From the NCBI RefSeq assembly GCF_001194135.2, contig NC_069004.1, positions 12,020,527 to 12,084,526 on the forward strand: DNA of 64,000 nt. Direction: 5' to 3'. The notes below the pieces were generated by a model. It ran no database searches, had not been told where the DNA came from, and saw only the letters and a list, made by a program, of their open reading frames with translations. A program made the position numbers and the translations under genes. How positions within the stretch are numbered: the first letter of the stretch is position 1; each line of letters begins with the position of its first letter. Origin of the DNA: Octopus bimaculoides (taxonomy: Eukaryota). This document shows, piece by piece, positions 23,721 through 37,051 of the stretch.

Positions 23721-24575
23721 ACACACGATTAATTCAAGGCACCATGAATTAAAAAATATCAAATTTGACAGACGAATCTGAATGCTAGAGGGTTAAAGAT
23801 TGAATTCTTCAAAATGAAATCTCTAGATGAAAAAAAAAAAAATACCCAATCTTATAGCAATCTCTCTGACTCAATTGAATAGAAATGGTCCCCCACCCGA
23901 CAAAAACTGAAACTAATTAGATGAAGATTATTATAGGGTATTTGATGTAAGTGATATGGTCTCAGACATGACCTGGTTTTGAACCATCAATAACACTTTC
24001 TCTAACCTATGTTGTTGTTTGTTGTTGTCTTCTAGTAATGAAAAAGACTTTTGAATACTCTAATGATTTTAACAGTTCTAATTAAGACTATAGTAGTGTT
24101 GGGTCTGTTTAATTAATTAGAAATATTTTAATATTAAATCTGAATTAATTTTCTTTGTTTCTTCATTATGTTGCTTTGTAAGGAAAATTGAAGTATTATT
24201 GTTTCTAAAGTTAATTTTATATATGTATATATATGTATGTTTATCTATATAGCCCTGAAACTCTAGTCGCCTTTATATATATATATTTATATTTATATAT
24301 TTATATATTTGATCCTTTATATTGAACACTCAATATTTCATCTACATTCAATACTTTCTTTCATGGTGCCATCCATTTTTATTTTATTTTATTTTATATT
24401 GTATATCATATTATATATTGTATATTCCATATTCTATACCCCACATTAGTTCTGCAGGAATATAAATAAAACATAAAAAACAGACAGTGTTGGAACTCTT
24501 TTAAGCAAAATAATATATTCCTCTATACACAATCATACAAAAACCCCCACCTTTTCTGTATTTATTTTTACTCGC

Positions 24576-24618
<43 letters not shown>

Positions 24619-25021
24619 TNNNNNNNNNNNNNNNNNNNNNNNNNNNNNNNNNNNNNNNNNNNNNNNNNNNNNNNNNNNNNNNNNNNNNNNNNNNNNNNNN
24701 NNNNNNNNNNNNNNNNNNNNNNNNNNNNNNNNNNNNNNNNNNNNNNNNNNNNNNNNNNNNNNNNNNNNNNNNNNNNNNNNNNNNNNNNNNNNNNNNNNNN
24801 NNNNNNNNNNNNNNNNNNNNNNNNNNNNNNNNNNNNNNNNNNNNNNNNNNNNNNNNNNNNNNNNNNNNNNNNNNNNNNNNNNNNNNNNNNNNNNNNNNNN
24901 NNNNNNNNNNNNNNNNNNNNNNNNNNNNNNNNNNNNNNNNNNNNNNNNNNNNNNNNNNNNNNNNNNNNNNNNNNNNNNNNNNNNNNNNNNNNNNNNNNNN
25001 NNNNNNNNNNNNNNNNNNNNN

Positions 25022-25066
<45 letters not shown>

Positions 25067-25099
25067 CATACACACATGCATATATGTATATATTTATAA

Positions 25100-25302
25100 G
25101 TTTGTATCTGTGTCTGTCTCCCACTACTGCTTGACAACTGGTGTTGGTGTGTTTACATCCCTGTAATTTAGCAGTTCAGCAAAAGCGATCAAAAGAATAA
25201 CTGCCAGGCTTAAACAAAATACTGGAGCTGATTCATTTGACTAAAAGGTCTTGAAAGTGGTGCTCCAGCATGGCTGCAGTCTAACTGACTGAAACAACTA
25301 AA

Positions 25303-25333
<31 letters not shown>

Positions 25334-25710
25334 AGAAATAATATTAGTCTCCTTTTATATACACACAGACACACACACATACACTATATATGATGAGTGG
25401 ACAAATGAAAGAGGCACTCAACACATTTAGTAGGAATTACATATATTATTAATTCAAAGAGTTTGATTTAGCCCTATGTGACTTAAAGGTTTGTGTGCTT
25501 AGCTCATCAAGCTCAGTTAATCAAATTTAGCTTTCTGAGTCCAGTGGCTGGTGTGTTTACGTCCCCCGTAACTTAGCAGTTCGGCAAAAGAGACCGATAG
25601 AATAAGTACTAGGCTTACAAAGAATAAGTCCTGGGGTCGATTTGCTCAACTACAAGGCAGTGCTCCAGCATGGCCACAGTCAAATGACTGAAACAAATAA
25701 AAGAGTAAAG
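25100..25710 (+). mobile_element. Two SINE B 3' halves (25100-25295, 25545-25710)
   Basis: GGTGTGTTTACGTCCCCGTAACTTAGCAGTTCGGCAAAAGAGACCGATAGAATAAGTAC...GACTGAAACAA. Confidence 0.8.
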
Positions 25711-25774
25711 AGAATATATATATATATGTGTGTGTGTGTGTATGTATATATATATTTATATATATGTATTATTC

Positions 25775-25925
25775 AATTTTTTTTCTCCGTGTTTTTCTCC
25801 TTGTCTCCGTATTCTTTCTGTTGAAGAGCGTAGCTCGAAACGTCAAAGACTTTCCGTATTCCAGAGCGTCATACTAATATATACTTTTGTTATTTACACC
25901 ACCTGTCCTCGTCTGTTGTTATTAT
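25775..25925 (+). mobile_element. Family H2 repeat with a hammerhead-like motif
   Basis: 25813-25849: TCTTT-CTGTTGA-A-GAGC GTA GCTC-GAAAC-GT-C-AAAGA; ends ...ATTCTCCCATATAT. Confidence 0.65.
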
Positions 25926-26113
25926 TTGTATATTCTCCCATATATGTATATTCATATATATATGTATGTGTATGTATATATGTTTGTATATTTATGTATG
26001 TATATATATATGCATGTATGTGTATGTATATATGTATGTATGTGTACGTATAGATATATATATNNNNNNNNNNATGTGTACGTATAGATATATATATGTA
26101 TGTGTATGTGTAC

Positions 26114-26144
<31 letters not shown>

Positions 26145-26451
26145 CGTATATATGTGTATGTATATATATGTGTATGTGTATGTATGTGTGTGTGTGTGTG
26201 TGTGTGTATCGTGTTTGCTCCATCAGTTCCACTCTCTCCCTTTATAAATCATGGCCTCCTTTTAAATCCTAAAACTGCTGAACTAATAAAAACCACTGAA
26301 ACAAATGAACTTGTCATCTATTTTAATACAGTCAATTAATTATTCTTACTGGTGGATTATTTAGCTAATTATTTACTTAATTGCAGCTTTATTAATTACA
26401 CTGAGGTAAATTGTAAGAAATAAGATAAAAGACAAATGGTTGTGCATATTG

Positions 26452-26570
26452 AGGTTAGCTGGCAGAACCGTTAGCATGCCTGACGAAATGCTTAGTGGCA
26501 TTTCATCTGTCTTTACATTCTGAGTTCAAATCCTGCTATGGTCAACTTTTCCTTTTATTCTTTTGGGGAT
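26452..26570 (+). mobile_element. SINE family A, 5' part
   Basis: GAGGTTAGCTGGCAGAACCGTTAGCATGCC...TTCTGAGTTCAAATCC. Confidence 0.7.
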
Positions 26571-26699
26571 GTCCTTCAAGAAGCCAACCACAAGCCAGGG
26601 TGGACCGGATGTATTCTGTCATAGCATCAACACTTGAGGGGTTGTGTTGTCCAGATCAAGACTAATCAGTTCTCTCTCCTCTTAATTAATTTAAGGGCG

Positions 26700-26950
26700 C
26701 ATCGTCACCATCATCCTGTAACATTTTCCATGCTGGCATGGGTTGGACTGTTTGACCAGAGCTGGGCAGCCGGAGAGCTGCGCCAGACTCCAATCTGATT
26801 TGGCTTGGTTTCTAAGGCTGGATGCCCTTCCTAATGCCAAACACTTTACAGTGTGTGCTGGGTGCTTTTAACGTGGCACTGGCATGAATGCTTTTATATG
26901 GGGTTGGCATGAGTTCTTTTATCTGGCACCAGCATGAATGCTTTTTATGT
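26700..26950 (-). mobile_element. Family E element with a decayed internal short-unit array
   Basis: CCATGCTGGCATGGGTTGG...GCTGGATGCCCTTCCTAATGCC...GGGTGCTTTTAACGTGGCACTGGCATG repeats. Confidence 0.7.
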
Positions 26951-27799
26951 GGAACCAGGGAATTAATGGAAAAGAGTGATGATAGAGAAAGAATCAAGTT
27001 GATAAGAGGGAAAGAAAATAGAGCAGAAGTATGATGAGAGCAAGAATGTGATAGAGGAGGTAGTAATGGAAGAGAGACAGTGATAGGTAACACCATGTTG
27101 GTTATGAATAAAACAGTTGAATAGAAAAAACTGTGAAAAGCATGATGCATAGGGAGAGTGACTGGTGGAGATGGTGATGGAAGTGATAGAGAAAGATGTA
27201 TCAATAATTAGTTATGTGAGAGAAGGAAAGTGGTGGATAACAATAAAGGTGTGTGTGAGAGAGAGAGATGGATTTCTATGAAGAAGGACGTGGATGTCTA
27301 TAAAGAAATGTGCTGGTTGAGGGGTATCATTAGGGGTTAGACATTGGGGAAGGGATTAGACAGATCCCTCTTTACACAGGCATTATGATAGTTGAAATGT
27401 AGAATGCTAAAAGGCAATTATCAGGGAAGGTTTGAATATGGAGTAATCTAACACCATTGTGATGGGAGATGCTGTCGAAATCTCTCACTATCACTCATTA
27501 CTACTTTATAGGGTCATGGAGTTGTTAGAGATGCTAGAATAACATTAGACAAAACTGCAAAATGCTTCCTTTTTCTCTGTCCACCCACATTTAACGTCTG
27601 GCAGTAATGCTGGTATGGGTTGGAGCCTCCTCATGTTTACAATTAACGAGACAAACCTTTAATAAAACAGCTAAACTAGGAGAAATGTTGTAATTGTATA
27701 AACACATGATGTGAGTAGATGGAGGTGGGATTATCAATATGTATGTTTATAAAATACCTTGTGATGTATACAGACGTACAGTGTATGTATATAAATATC

Positions 27800-27830
27800 A
27801 TGAACGATGTATATAGACATAGATACATTT

Positions 27831-27889
<59 letters not shown>

Positions 27890-28041
27890 GTATATGTAGC
27901 TAGTGATGTATAGACATAGAGACAATGATATATGTGTATAAATATCCAGGATGTATATTGACGTAGATACATTGTATGTATGTATGTAAATCTCATAAGT
28001 GATATATATAGACATAAATGCATTGTGTATGTATGACTATA

Positions 28042-28101
<60 letters not shown>

Positions 28102-28124
28102 GAAGTATACAGACATAGATAGAT

Positions 28125-28186
<62 letters not shown>

Positions 28187-28200
28187 GCTATGACCATGTG
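27800..28200. repeat. Compound (TA)n/(TG)n microsatellite region
   Basis: Several long TA runs interspersed with degenerate TGTA units. Confidence 0.9.
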
Positions 28201-28529
28201 ATGTCAGTTATGATGATGAATGTTATTAGTTTGTATGGTGTACATTGTTATTCGATATTGATTTCGATTTGGTAGAAAAGAAATTATATTTATAAATATT
28301 TCTTATTGGGCAATTTGTCTGTCTGTTTGTCTGACGAGAGTGTTAGCATGAAATTGCCCAATACTAGAGCTATGTAAATTGTGTAGGTGTGTATGTGTCT
28401 GTTTGTGTGTGTCTATATGTCTATTGTCTGTGCGTGTCTCTCGGTGTATGAGTACGTAAGTGTTATTTGTGTGTATGCATACTTATGTGCAAGTTTATAT
28501 ATATGCATGTGCGTGTGTATTCATATAGA

Positions 28530-28562
<33 letters not shown>

Positions 28563-29699
28563 NNNNNNNNNNNNNNNNNNNNNNNNNNNNNNNNNNNNNN
28601 NNNNNNNNNNNNNNNNNNNNNNNNNNNNNNNNNNNNNNNNNNNNNNNNNNNNNNNNNNNNNNNNNNNNNNNNNNNNNNNNNNNNNNNNNNNNNNNNNNNN
28701 NNNNNNNNNNNNNNNNNNNNNNNNNNNNNNNNNNNNNNNNNNNNNNNNNNNNNNNNNNNNNNNNNNNNNNNNNNNNNNNNNNNNNNNNNNNNNNNNNNNN
28801 NNNNNNNNNNNNNNNNNNNNNNNNNNNNNNNNNNNNNNNNNNNNNNNNNNNNNNNNNNNNNNNNNNNNNNNNNNNNNNNNNNNNNNNNNNNNNNNNNNNN
28901 NNNNNNNNNNNNNNNNNNNNNNNNNNNNNNNNNNNNNNNNNNNNNNNNNNNNNNNNNNNNNNNNNNNNNNNNNNNNNNNNNNNNNNNNNNNNNNNNNNNN
29001 NNNNNNNNNNNNNNNNNNNNNNNNNNNNNNNNNNNNNNNNNNNNNNNNNNNNNNNNNNNNNNNNNNNNNNNNNNNNNNNNNNNNNNNNNNNNNNNNNNNN
29101 NNNNNNNNNNNNNNNNNNNNNNNNNNNNNNNNNNNNNNNNNNNNNNNNNNNNNNNNNNNNNNNNNNNNNNNNNNNNNNNNNNNNNNNNNNNNNNNNNNNN
29201 NNNNNNNNNNNNNNNNNNNNNNNNNNNNNNNNNNNNNNNNNNNNNNNNNNNNNNNNNNNCATGTATGCATATGTCTGCACATATACATATGCACATATTC
29301 CTCTATACACTCATACATGTATATGCAAACATAACCATACAGACACATGCATGTATATATATGCATGCTTATAAATGTATGCACATGCATACAAATATGC
29401 ACATATGCAAGCATATATATACACCACCACACACATGACAGAAGTAATTAGACACTCTTATAATCATTAAAATTTATTTAAATCTGAAATTATTCATTCA
29501 AATTATTTATTAATTGTTATAATGTGAATATTTAATATTTAGTAGACATGCCCTTTGCATCTTTCAATGCAAGGACCCTATTAGGCATGTTACCGATCAG
29601 ATGACAAATATTCTCTTGAGGAATTTTTTGCCAGATCTCAAAAGATCTGGCTTTGAAGATGCTCTCTTGTTCATTTTATGAAGTCTCCTGTTCATTCGT

Positions 29700-29828
29700 T
29701 TCTGCTCTATGCACAAGGCCCGAAATTTTTGGGGAAAGGGCCAGTCAATTAGATCGACCCCAGTATGCAACTAGTACTTAATTTTTCGACCCCGAAAGGA
29801 TGAAAGGCAAAGTCGAATTTGAACTCAG
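29700..29828 (-). mobile_element. SINE family A, 5'-truncated
   Basis: ACAAGGCCCGAAATT...CGACCCCGAAAGGATGAAAGGCAAAGTCGA. Confidence 0.75.
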
Positions 29829-30571
29829 TGTCCTGTCCATTATGTCCCAGAGGTGTTCAATAAGGTTCATATCTGGTGACTAGTTTGGCCATGGAAGCTT
29901 TTTAATGCCATTCTCATCCAACAAATCTAGGATCATTTTAGCCATGTGACAAGGAGCCTCATTTTCCATAAATAAAGCGTTTTCTTTATTTCATCACTGG
30001 AGAAGATTGGAAGGAGTCCTTTCTNNNNNNNNNNNNNNNNNNNNNNNNNNNNNNNNNNNNNNNNNNNNNNNNNNNNNNNNNNNNNNNNNNNNNNNNNNNN
30101 NNNNNNNNNNNNNNNNNNNNNNNNNNNNNNNNNNNNNNNNNNNNNNNNNNNNNNNNNNNNNNNNNNNNNNNNNNNNNNNNNNNNNNNNNNNNNNNNNNNN
30201 NNNNNNNNNNNNNNNNNNNNNNNNNNNNNNNNNNNNNNNNNNNNNNNNNNNNNNNNNNNNNNNNNNNNNNNNNNNNNNNNNNNNNNNNNNNNNNNNNNNN
30301 NNNNNNNNNNNNNNNNNNNNNNNNNNNNNNNNNNNNNNNNNNNNNNNNNNNNNNNNNNNNNNNNNNNNNNNNNNNNNNNNNNNNNNNNNNNNNNNNNNNN
30401 NNNNNNNNNNNNNNNNNNNNNNNNNNNNNNNNNNNNNNNNNNNNNNNNNNNNNNNNNNNNNNNNNNNNNNNNNNNNNNNNNNNNNNNNNNNNNNNNNNNN
30501 NNNNNNNNNNNNNNNNNNNNNNNNNNNNNNNNNNNNNNNNNNNNNNNNNNNNNNNNNNNNNNNNNNNNNNN

Positions 30572-30604
<33 letters not shown>

Positions 30605-30615
30605 TGATGATGATG

Positions 30616-30650
<35 letters not shown>

Positions 30651-32289
30651 TTTACACATATACATTTGCATATATATGTGCATACACATGCTCATGTATG
30701 TGTATATACAAATACAAATGTATATACATACAGTGGTGGGAGATGAATGAAGGCTGCTGCAGCTCAATTCATTTCTTTGCATACTTGGTTTCGAAACTTT
30801 AACCAAGCCTAATTTAGTCAACAAACATTTACATCATTCCATTACAAGTCTCCATAAAATCTAATTAATTTGCACTTAAGATGTATGTCATTAACTATTT
30901 TCATAACACAGAGCCCTAGCAATTTAAAAGTCATAAAAGAAGTAAAAAAATTTTTTAAAACTTAATTTACATCAAGATCGTATTTTAAATCTCTTTCATA
31001 CTTCTCTCGTCTGTGTTTTTTTTTTTTTTTCCTTTTTCTGCTCAATTGGTTTAGAAATTATTGAAGTACTTCAGACAGCTGGTTTATAAATTAACTATAC
31101 TTGTGTCACACTATTTTATATTCCTGAACCAATATATAAATAATAGTTAATGTCACCCTTTTCTTTTGCTCTTGCTTTCATATCCTTTCTGTATGTAGGT
31201 GTCCAAGTGGTATTTTGTTGCTGTTTAACCCCGGGTCTTGCCTGTTTGAACAGACCCCAAAGCAAAGGTGTGCTTATCAAGACGTCCCATACATCTAAGC
31301 CAGCAGAATCGTTAGTACGCCAGGAAAGTACTTAGCAGCATTTCATCTACCCTTAAGCTCTAAGTTTAAATTGCACCAGGGTTGACTTTACCCGAGGTTA
31401 TAGCTGACACTTACCCAAGGGGCCACACGATGGGACTGAACCCAGAACCATGTGGTTGGGAAGCTAGCTTCTTACCACACAGCCACACCTGCGCCTTATC
31501 ATCTTTCCTAAAAGTTCCTTCCTGCTGTTACAACAATTCTCTAGAACTTTCTCCGGATATGTTTCCTTTCTACCATCGACCAATAGTCAAATTTCAAGTT
31601 CAAATCCTGCCGAGGTCAATTTTGCCTTTGAGGTTGATCAAATAAGAACTTGGTTTTGTGCCATCAAAACATGATACTCCAGCATGGCCAGACTCTCAAG
31701 AACTGAAATCAGTAAAAGAAAAGAGATTGTCTACTGACAGTTTCCATGGTGGTGATGCTGCTAGTGGTGGTGGTGGTGTTAGTGGTGATGGTAATAATGG
31801 GGCTGGTGATGGTGATGATGGTGATGATGGTGAGGATGGTGATGATGTCTTGATTTGTGAAAATTATGAAATTATTATTTTTCTTAGATAATTGTTTCGT
31901 TAAAATTAATTGTCAATGGAAGGATGCAAAATATAGAAAATATTAGAATATCAATTTGCCAATCATGGAATTCTTTACAAAACAATCTTTATTTAAAAGC
32001 ACAAAAAAAAAAAAAAAAAAAATTTCCTGTGATGTTAACATACATTGTTTGTTGGCAGCAGCTTTTGAGTTCCTATTTCGGTAAAACTACCCAAAGGAAT
32101 TTATTAACAACTCCTTAACATGCAGCGCTTGAAATACTCCATTCCGACTACAAATAAGAGGAACAACTTCCCTGAAGGAATCCTTGTTTTCTAAAGAACT
32201 TTCGAGATTTTATTGTCTTCCAATGTGTTAATACTGGATTTGGCACCAAGTCTAGAGAAAATCTTTATTGTTAAAATCATCCTTTCTTT

Positions 32290-32850
32290 CTTTCTTTCTT
32301 TCTCTCTCCCCATCTCTTTCTCCTCTCTTTCTCTCCCTCTCTCTGTCTGTCATCTCCCTCCCTACTCATTTCTCTATCTCTTATCTCTCTCTCCCTCCCT
32401 CTCTGTCTGTTTCTCCTCTCTCTCCCTGTCTCCCTATTTCCCCCCTACTCTCTCTTGCTCTTTCTTCTTCCTCGCTTTCCCTCTCTCACTCACCTCTCTC
32501 TCTCACTCACCTCTCTCTCTCACTCACCTCTCTCTCTCACTCACCTCTCTCTCTCTCACTCACCTCTCTCTCTCTCACTCACCTCTCTCTCTCTCACTCA
32601 CCTCTCTCTCTTTCACTTACCTCATATCTCTCTCTCATCTCTTTCATCTCTTTCTCATCTTTCTCTCATCTCTCTCTCATCTCTCTCCCCCATCTCTCTC
32701 TTCCCCATCTCTCTCCCTCCCATCCCTCTCTCTCTCCCGNNNNNNNNNNNATCTCTCTCCCCCATCTCTCTCTTCCCCATCTCTCTCCCTCCCATCCCTC
32801 TCTCTCTCCCGTCTCTCTCTCCTTCCCCCTCTCCCTCTGTCTCACACACA
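32290..32850. repeat. CT-rich low-complexity tract including (CTCACTCACCTCTCTCT)n
   Basis: Direct inspection. Confidence 0.9.
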
Positions 32851-32999
32851 CAGAATAGAGAACCTTTATGCAGTTAGTTGCTTGAGCTTACTATACAAAG
32901 CAGCCAAACCACCCTCACGTCCGACCTTCCTAGAAAATAACATCCCTAAATAACTTTAAGATTAGCCACCATCTTTAATTGCATTCTTTTGTCTTTTAT

Positions 33000-33600
33000 C
33001 TCTTATTCGCTTCAGTCATTAGACTGCGGCCAAGCTGGGGCATTGCCTTGAAGAACCTTATTTGAATGAATCAACCCCAGTACTGTTTTTCTCTTTTTTT
33101 AAAGCCTGGTACTTATTCTATCAAACTTTTTTGCCGAACCACTAAGTTATGGGGACATAAACACACCAACACCAGTTTTCTAGGCATGGTGGGGGACAAA
33201 TATTGACACACATTGATATATACAAATATATATATGATGGGCTTCTTTCAGTTTCAGTCTACCAAAGACACTTGCCCAAGGTTCCATGCAGTGGGACTGA
33301 ACCCAGAACCACGTTTGTTAGCAAACAAGCTTCTTATTTCTTTATTGCCCACAAGGGGCTAAACATAGAGGAGACAAACAAGTACAGACAAAGGGATTAA
33401 GTCGATTACATCAACCCCAGTGCGTAACTGGTACTTAATTCATCGACCCCGAAAGGATGAAAGGCAAAGTCGACCTCGGCGGAATTTGAACTCAGAACGT
33501 AAACGCAGACAAAATACCGCTAAGCATTTCGCGCGGCGTGCTAACGTTTCTGCCAGCACGCCGCACAGCAAGCTTCTTACCACACAGCCACACTTGCGCC
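33000..33600 (-). mobile_element. SINE B with a young SINE A inserted in its head (33337-33568)
   Basis: 11-bp TSD CAAGCTTCTTA at 33326-33336 and 33569-33579; the A copy is CpG-rich and has a variant tail. Confidence 0.85.
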
Positions 33601-35749
33601 TATGTGTTTGGTAAACTTTGTCATAGTCTATGATAGGGACGAAGAGAGAGAGGAAGATATGTAACAGGTCTCACATGTCAGGTTTAACATCATCCTCTAA
33701 TCCTTGGGTACTTTTTAGGGGACTTTTTGGTGGTAGGGTTAACATGACACCCTGTTTAATGTAATCTCATGTTTTCTTTTATGTCTTTTAACTGGGTGAA
33801 CTCTTTTGCAAATATTTAACCCCTTTTGTCTCCATATTTCCCCCCCCCCGTTGACATTCACTGCCATTGTTTCAGATACTTCAGTAGGGATGGTGGGAGG
33901 AAAAGAGGTGGGTGCTTTGGCTGGGTATATGTGGGTGGGTGGTAGTGGTGGTGGTGGTGGTGGTGGTGGTGAGGGAACTAGCTTGCTAATTCATGGAAGT
34001 TAGGGGTTGCCATTGTGGTAGCGGTGGTGGAAGAAGCTGGTAGAGGATGGACCAAAATTCCTTCACAAAATAAGTTCAATATGTTCTGGAATTGTCAGAG
34101 ACCCGCTTCAGTTTTTCTAAAAGTGAATATAATGAATAAAATAATGGTGAATACACAAAGTACTTGTACATAACGAACAAACTGAATAATGATGATAATA
34201 ATGGTTTAAAATTTTGTGGGGTTTTTTTTTCTTTTCCATGTTATTTCGCATGCTTTCAACGAACGTGACATCAAAATCATGTGTAAACAGCTCCTTTCCC
34301 CAGAAAAGGAAAGATTTGGCTGCTATTTTTTTGCATGCCCTGCTACCACTTACCAGGTATTTCAGGTCCTTTATTGCAAATAACTGTTACATGGTAGCAG
34401 GGCATGCTAGAAATAGCAGCCAAATCTTTGGCGGTGAGATACGTTGAATGCACTTGAAAGAAACCTATAGGAAAAAAACTATTTCACGCCAAGGTTACAA
34501 ATGGGACTTTTATGAAATATCGTATTTTTAAAGTCATTTTCACTTAGACACATTATGAAAGACAAAATATTTTTAACAGAAAGGTTAGAGTTTCTTCCCT
34601 TTCAGAGTGAGTTATTTTTGCACCATTTTGGGTATTTATACCCCAAAACCCCAAATATTTCAATAACCACTGGTCTGGTTTACGCGAAACTTGTTTTATT
34701 TCGTTTATATTCACTTTTCAGGGGCACTTTACTTTGAAAGTATTTTCCCATTATGCACAAGTTTAGCTGTGTAACATTGCAAGCAAGCAAGCAAGATTAA
34801 ACTTCATTTTTAATGTATTATAGATAATAATGAGGATGATAATAACATACGTCATAATAATTGATGATGATAATAATGATATAGTATAAAAACGTCAAAT
34901 GTTTTGGTGAGTGACTTTTGGCTCACTCTGTATTGATGTTGTATCTCTTGGCTGCATCAGACTTTACCAATCAACTGGTTGGTCCTTTCTGGATAGGCAG
35001 GCCAAGATGTTTGCATCATCATCATCACCAGCTGCAGGGCTACATCAAGTAAGGGAAGCAGTCCTTGTGTATAACTCTTCTACTCTCTCTCTCTGTCTCT
35101 CTCTCTCCCTTTCTGCCACCAACTATCAGACTCTTTCAGTATAGTTCTCCTCCACCACGTTTGTTACAGCTTAAGGAAAGAAAGGTCAGCATTCATAACC
35201 TTTTTAGAGAAGGAAGGTCAAACTCATGACCTTAGAAGGATGTCAGAAAGGGCCTGGAGGTAAACCTTAAAAAATAGGAGAAACTGAAAATATTGAGATA
35301 CATTTGGACCAGAATTCTTGCCACAGAATGGATTCTTCAAAAGGTACCCTAAATGCCAATTGGTGATGTTAAATTGGGAAACAGATTAATAATTCTACAT
35401 GTAAAACTCATTAGCAAGACAATTAAGCCTAATTAATAATTATATATGTAATAAAAGGTTATTGTAAGTATTTTAGTAATCCATACTTTAGCAGACATAG
35501 TGACGATGGTGTAGCAGTAATGCAGAAACATGAAACAAGTTTTCTAGTTTTAATTTTTGACTCAGCAAAAATAGAAAACAAAGATGAAATAAATTCATTA
35601 TTGAAAAAAATAAACAAAAAAAAAATCTTTTTTAATGAGGTTCAGGAATTATTTAGACTGAAGAGGGGGGGTTTAGTTATGAATTCTCATCAAAGGATTT
35701 CTTTTTAACTCTAAAACTAACCTTTTGTTTTAATTATATATACATATAT

Positions 35750-35988
35750 ATATATATATATGTTTGTGCATGTATGTATTTATATAAGTGCATATGTGTA
35801 TTTATGTATATTTGCGTGTGTATTTACATATATGCGTGTGTGTATTTATATAAATGTGTGTGTGTGTGTGTGTATTTATATATATATGTGTGTGTATATT
35901 TGTGTGTGTGTATTTATATGTATATATGTGTGTGTGTATTTATATATATATATGTGTGTGTATTTATATATATGTGTGTGTATGTATT

Positions 35989-36019
<31 letters not shown>

Positions 36020-36030
36020 ATTTATATATA
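35750..36030. repeat. Compound (TG)n/(TA)n microsatellite
   Basis: Direct inspection. Confidence 0.9.
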
Positions 36031-36031
36031 T

Positions 36032-36826
36032 ACTAGCTGGTGTACCCGGTAATTTCCTGGGGGTAAAGATGAGTATAAAAGTGATGTTGTCTGCAAAAAT
36101 TAGAAATTGGACACAGAAAATTAATATTCAAAGTAATTGAACATAAACAATGAAATCTGTAAAATATTTCTAAATTTGATGGCTCAATTATTTTCGTGAA
36201 AGTATTGTATGAACTGTAAATAAGCAATAAATATTATGATTTGTAAAAAAAGTATAAGTGATACAGGATGTCCCAACTGAATGTAGTATGGAAGATTGGT
36301 TTCGTTTTTTAAGAATTTTAAGTATTCAAAGTATGAGTTCATTGTATTGGGACACACTTATTAAATAGGTTCTGGAATCAAAAATTTATGTAGTGTCATC
36401 GAAAAATTTTAACTGGAAAAATGCAGAATTATCGGAGTTATGGGCTTTGAAAGTGTACATGCATCAAGAAAATGCAATAATCAGGTTTAGCAGTTGAAAA
36501 CTGAGTAGTAAAATGCAGAATTAGGTCCACTGATCGTGAGAATCAAATATTGATTGCTTCACTAAAAACTAACAACTGTAAGTGCAGATGCTATGGGTTA
36601 TTTCCCTTGGGTGTTTAAAAAAATTAGTTATATAATGTAGGTATAAAGATCCCTTCCAGGGGCCATATCATCGATATTTTTCAACAATCTAAGTATGTCA
36701 CTAGGTTTCCAGATATGAGTTCTACTCTCGTGTCAAGTTTCATGAAAATCAATAAAACGATGTAGGAGGAGTTAGCTAACAATGCCACAAACAAACACAC
36801 ACTGGTTTTCCACATATGTAGTAGAT
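36032..36826 (+). mobile_element. Non-autonomous Helitron/Helentron-like element
   Basis: Starts T|ACTAGCTG..TACCCGG..CCTGGGGGTA (5' hairpin) and ends GTGTCAAGTTTCATGAAAATC...(ACAA)n...ATGTAGTAGAT; embedded in microsatellite; architecture typical of Lep1/HINE-type elements (from memory). Confidence 0.6.
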
Positions 36827-37012
36827 GTGTGTGTGTGTGTATTTATATATATATATGTGTAATTATATATATGTGTATTTATATATATGTGCATGTGTGT
36901 ATTTATATATATGTGCATGTGTGTATTTATATATATATGCATGTGTGTATTTATATATGTGTGTGTGTCTGTATATATGTTTGTAGGTGTGTGTGCATTT
37001 ATATATGCTTGC

Positions 37013-37051
<39 letters not shown>

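Noticed and set aside
24250-24272. GCCCT-GAAAC-TCTA-GTC-GCC, resembling a hammerhead 3' half (also CTGATGAAG at ~61260)
   Set aside because: The other half of the core is missing in each case; at best truncated remnants.
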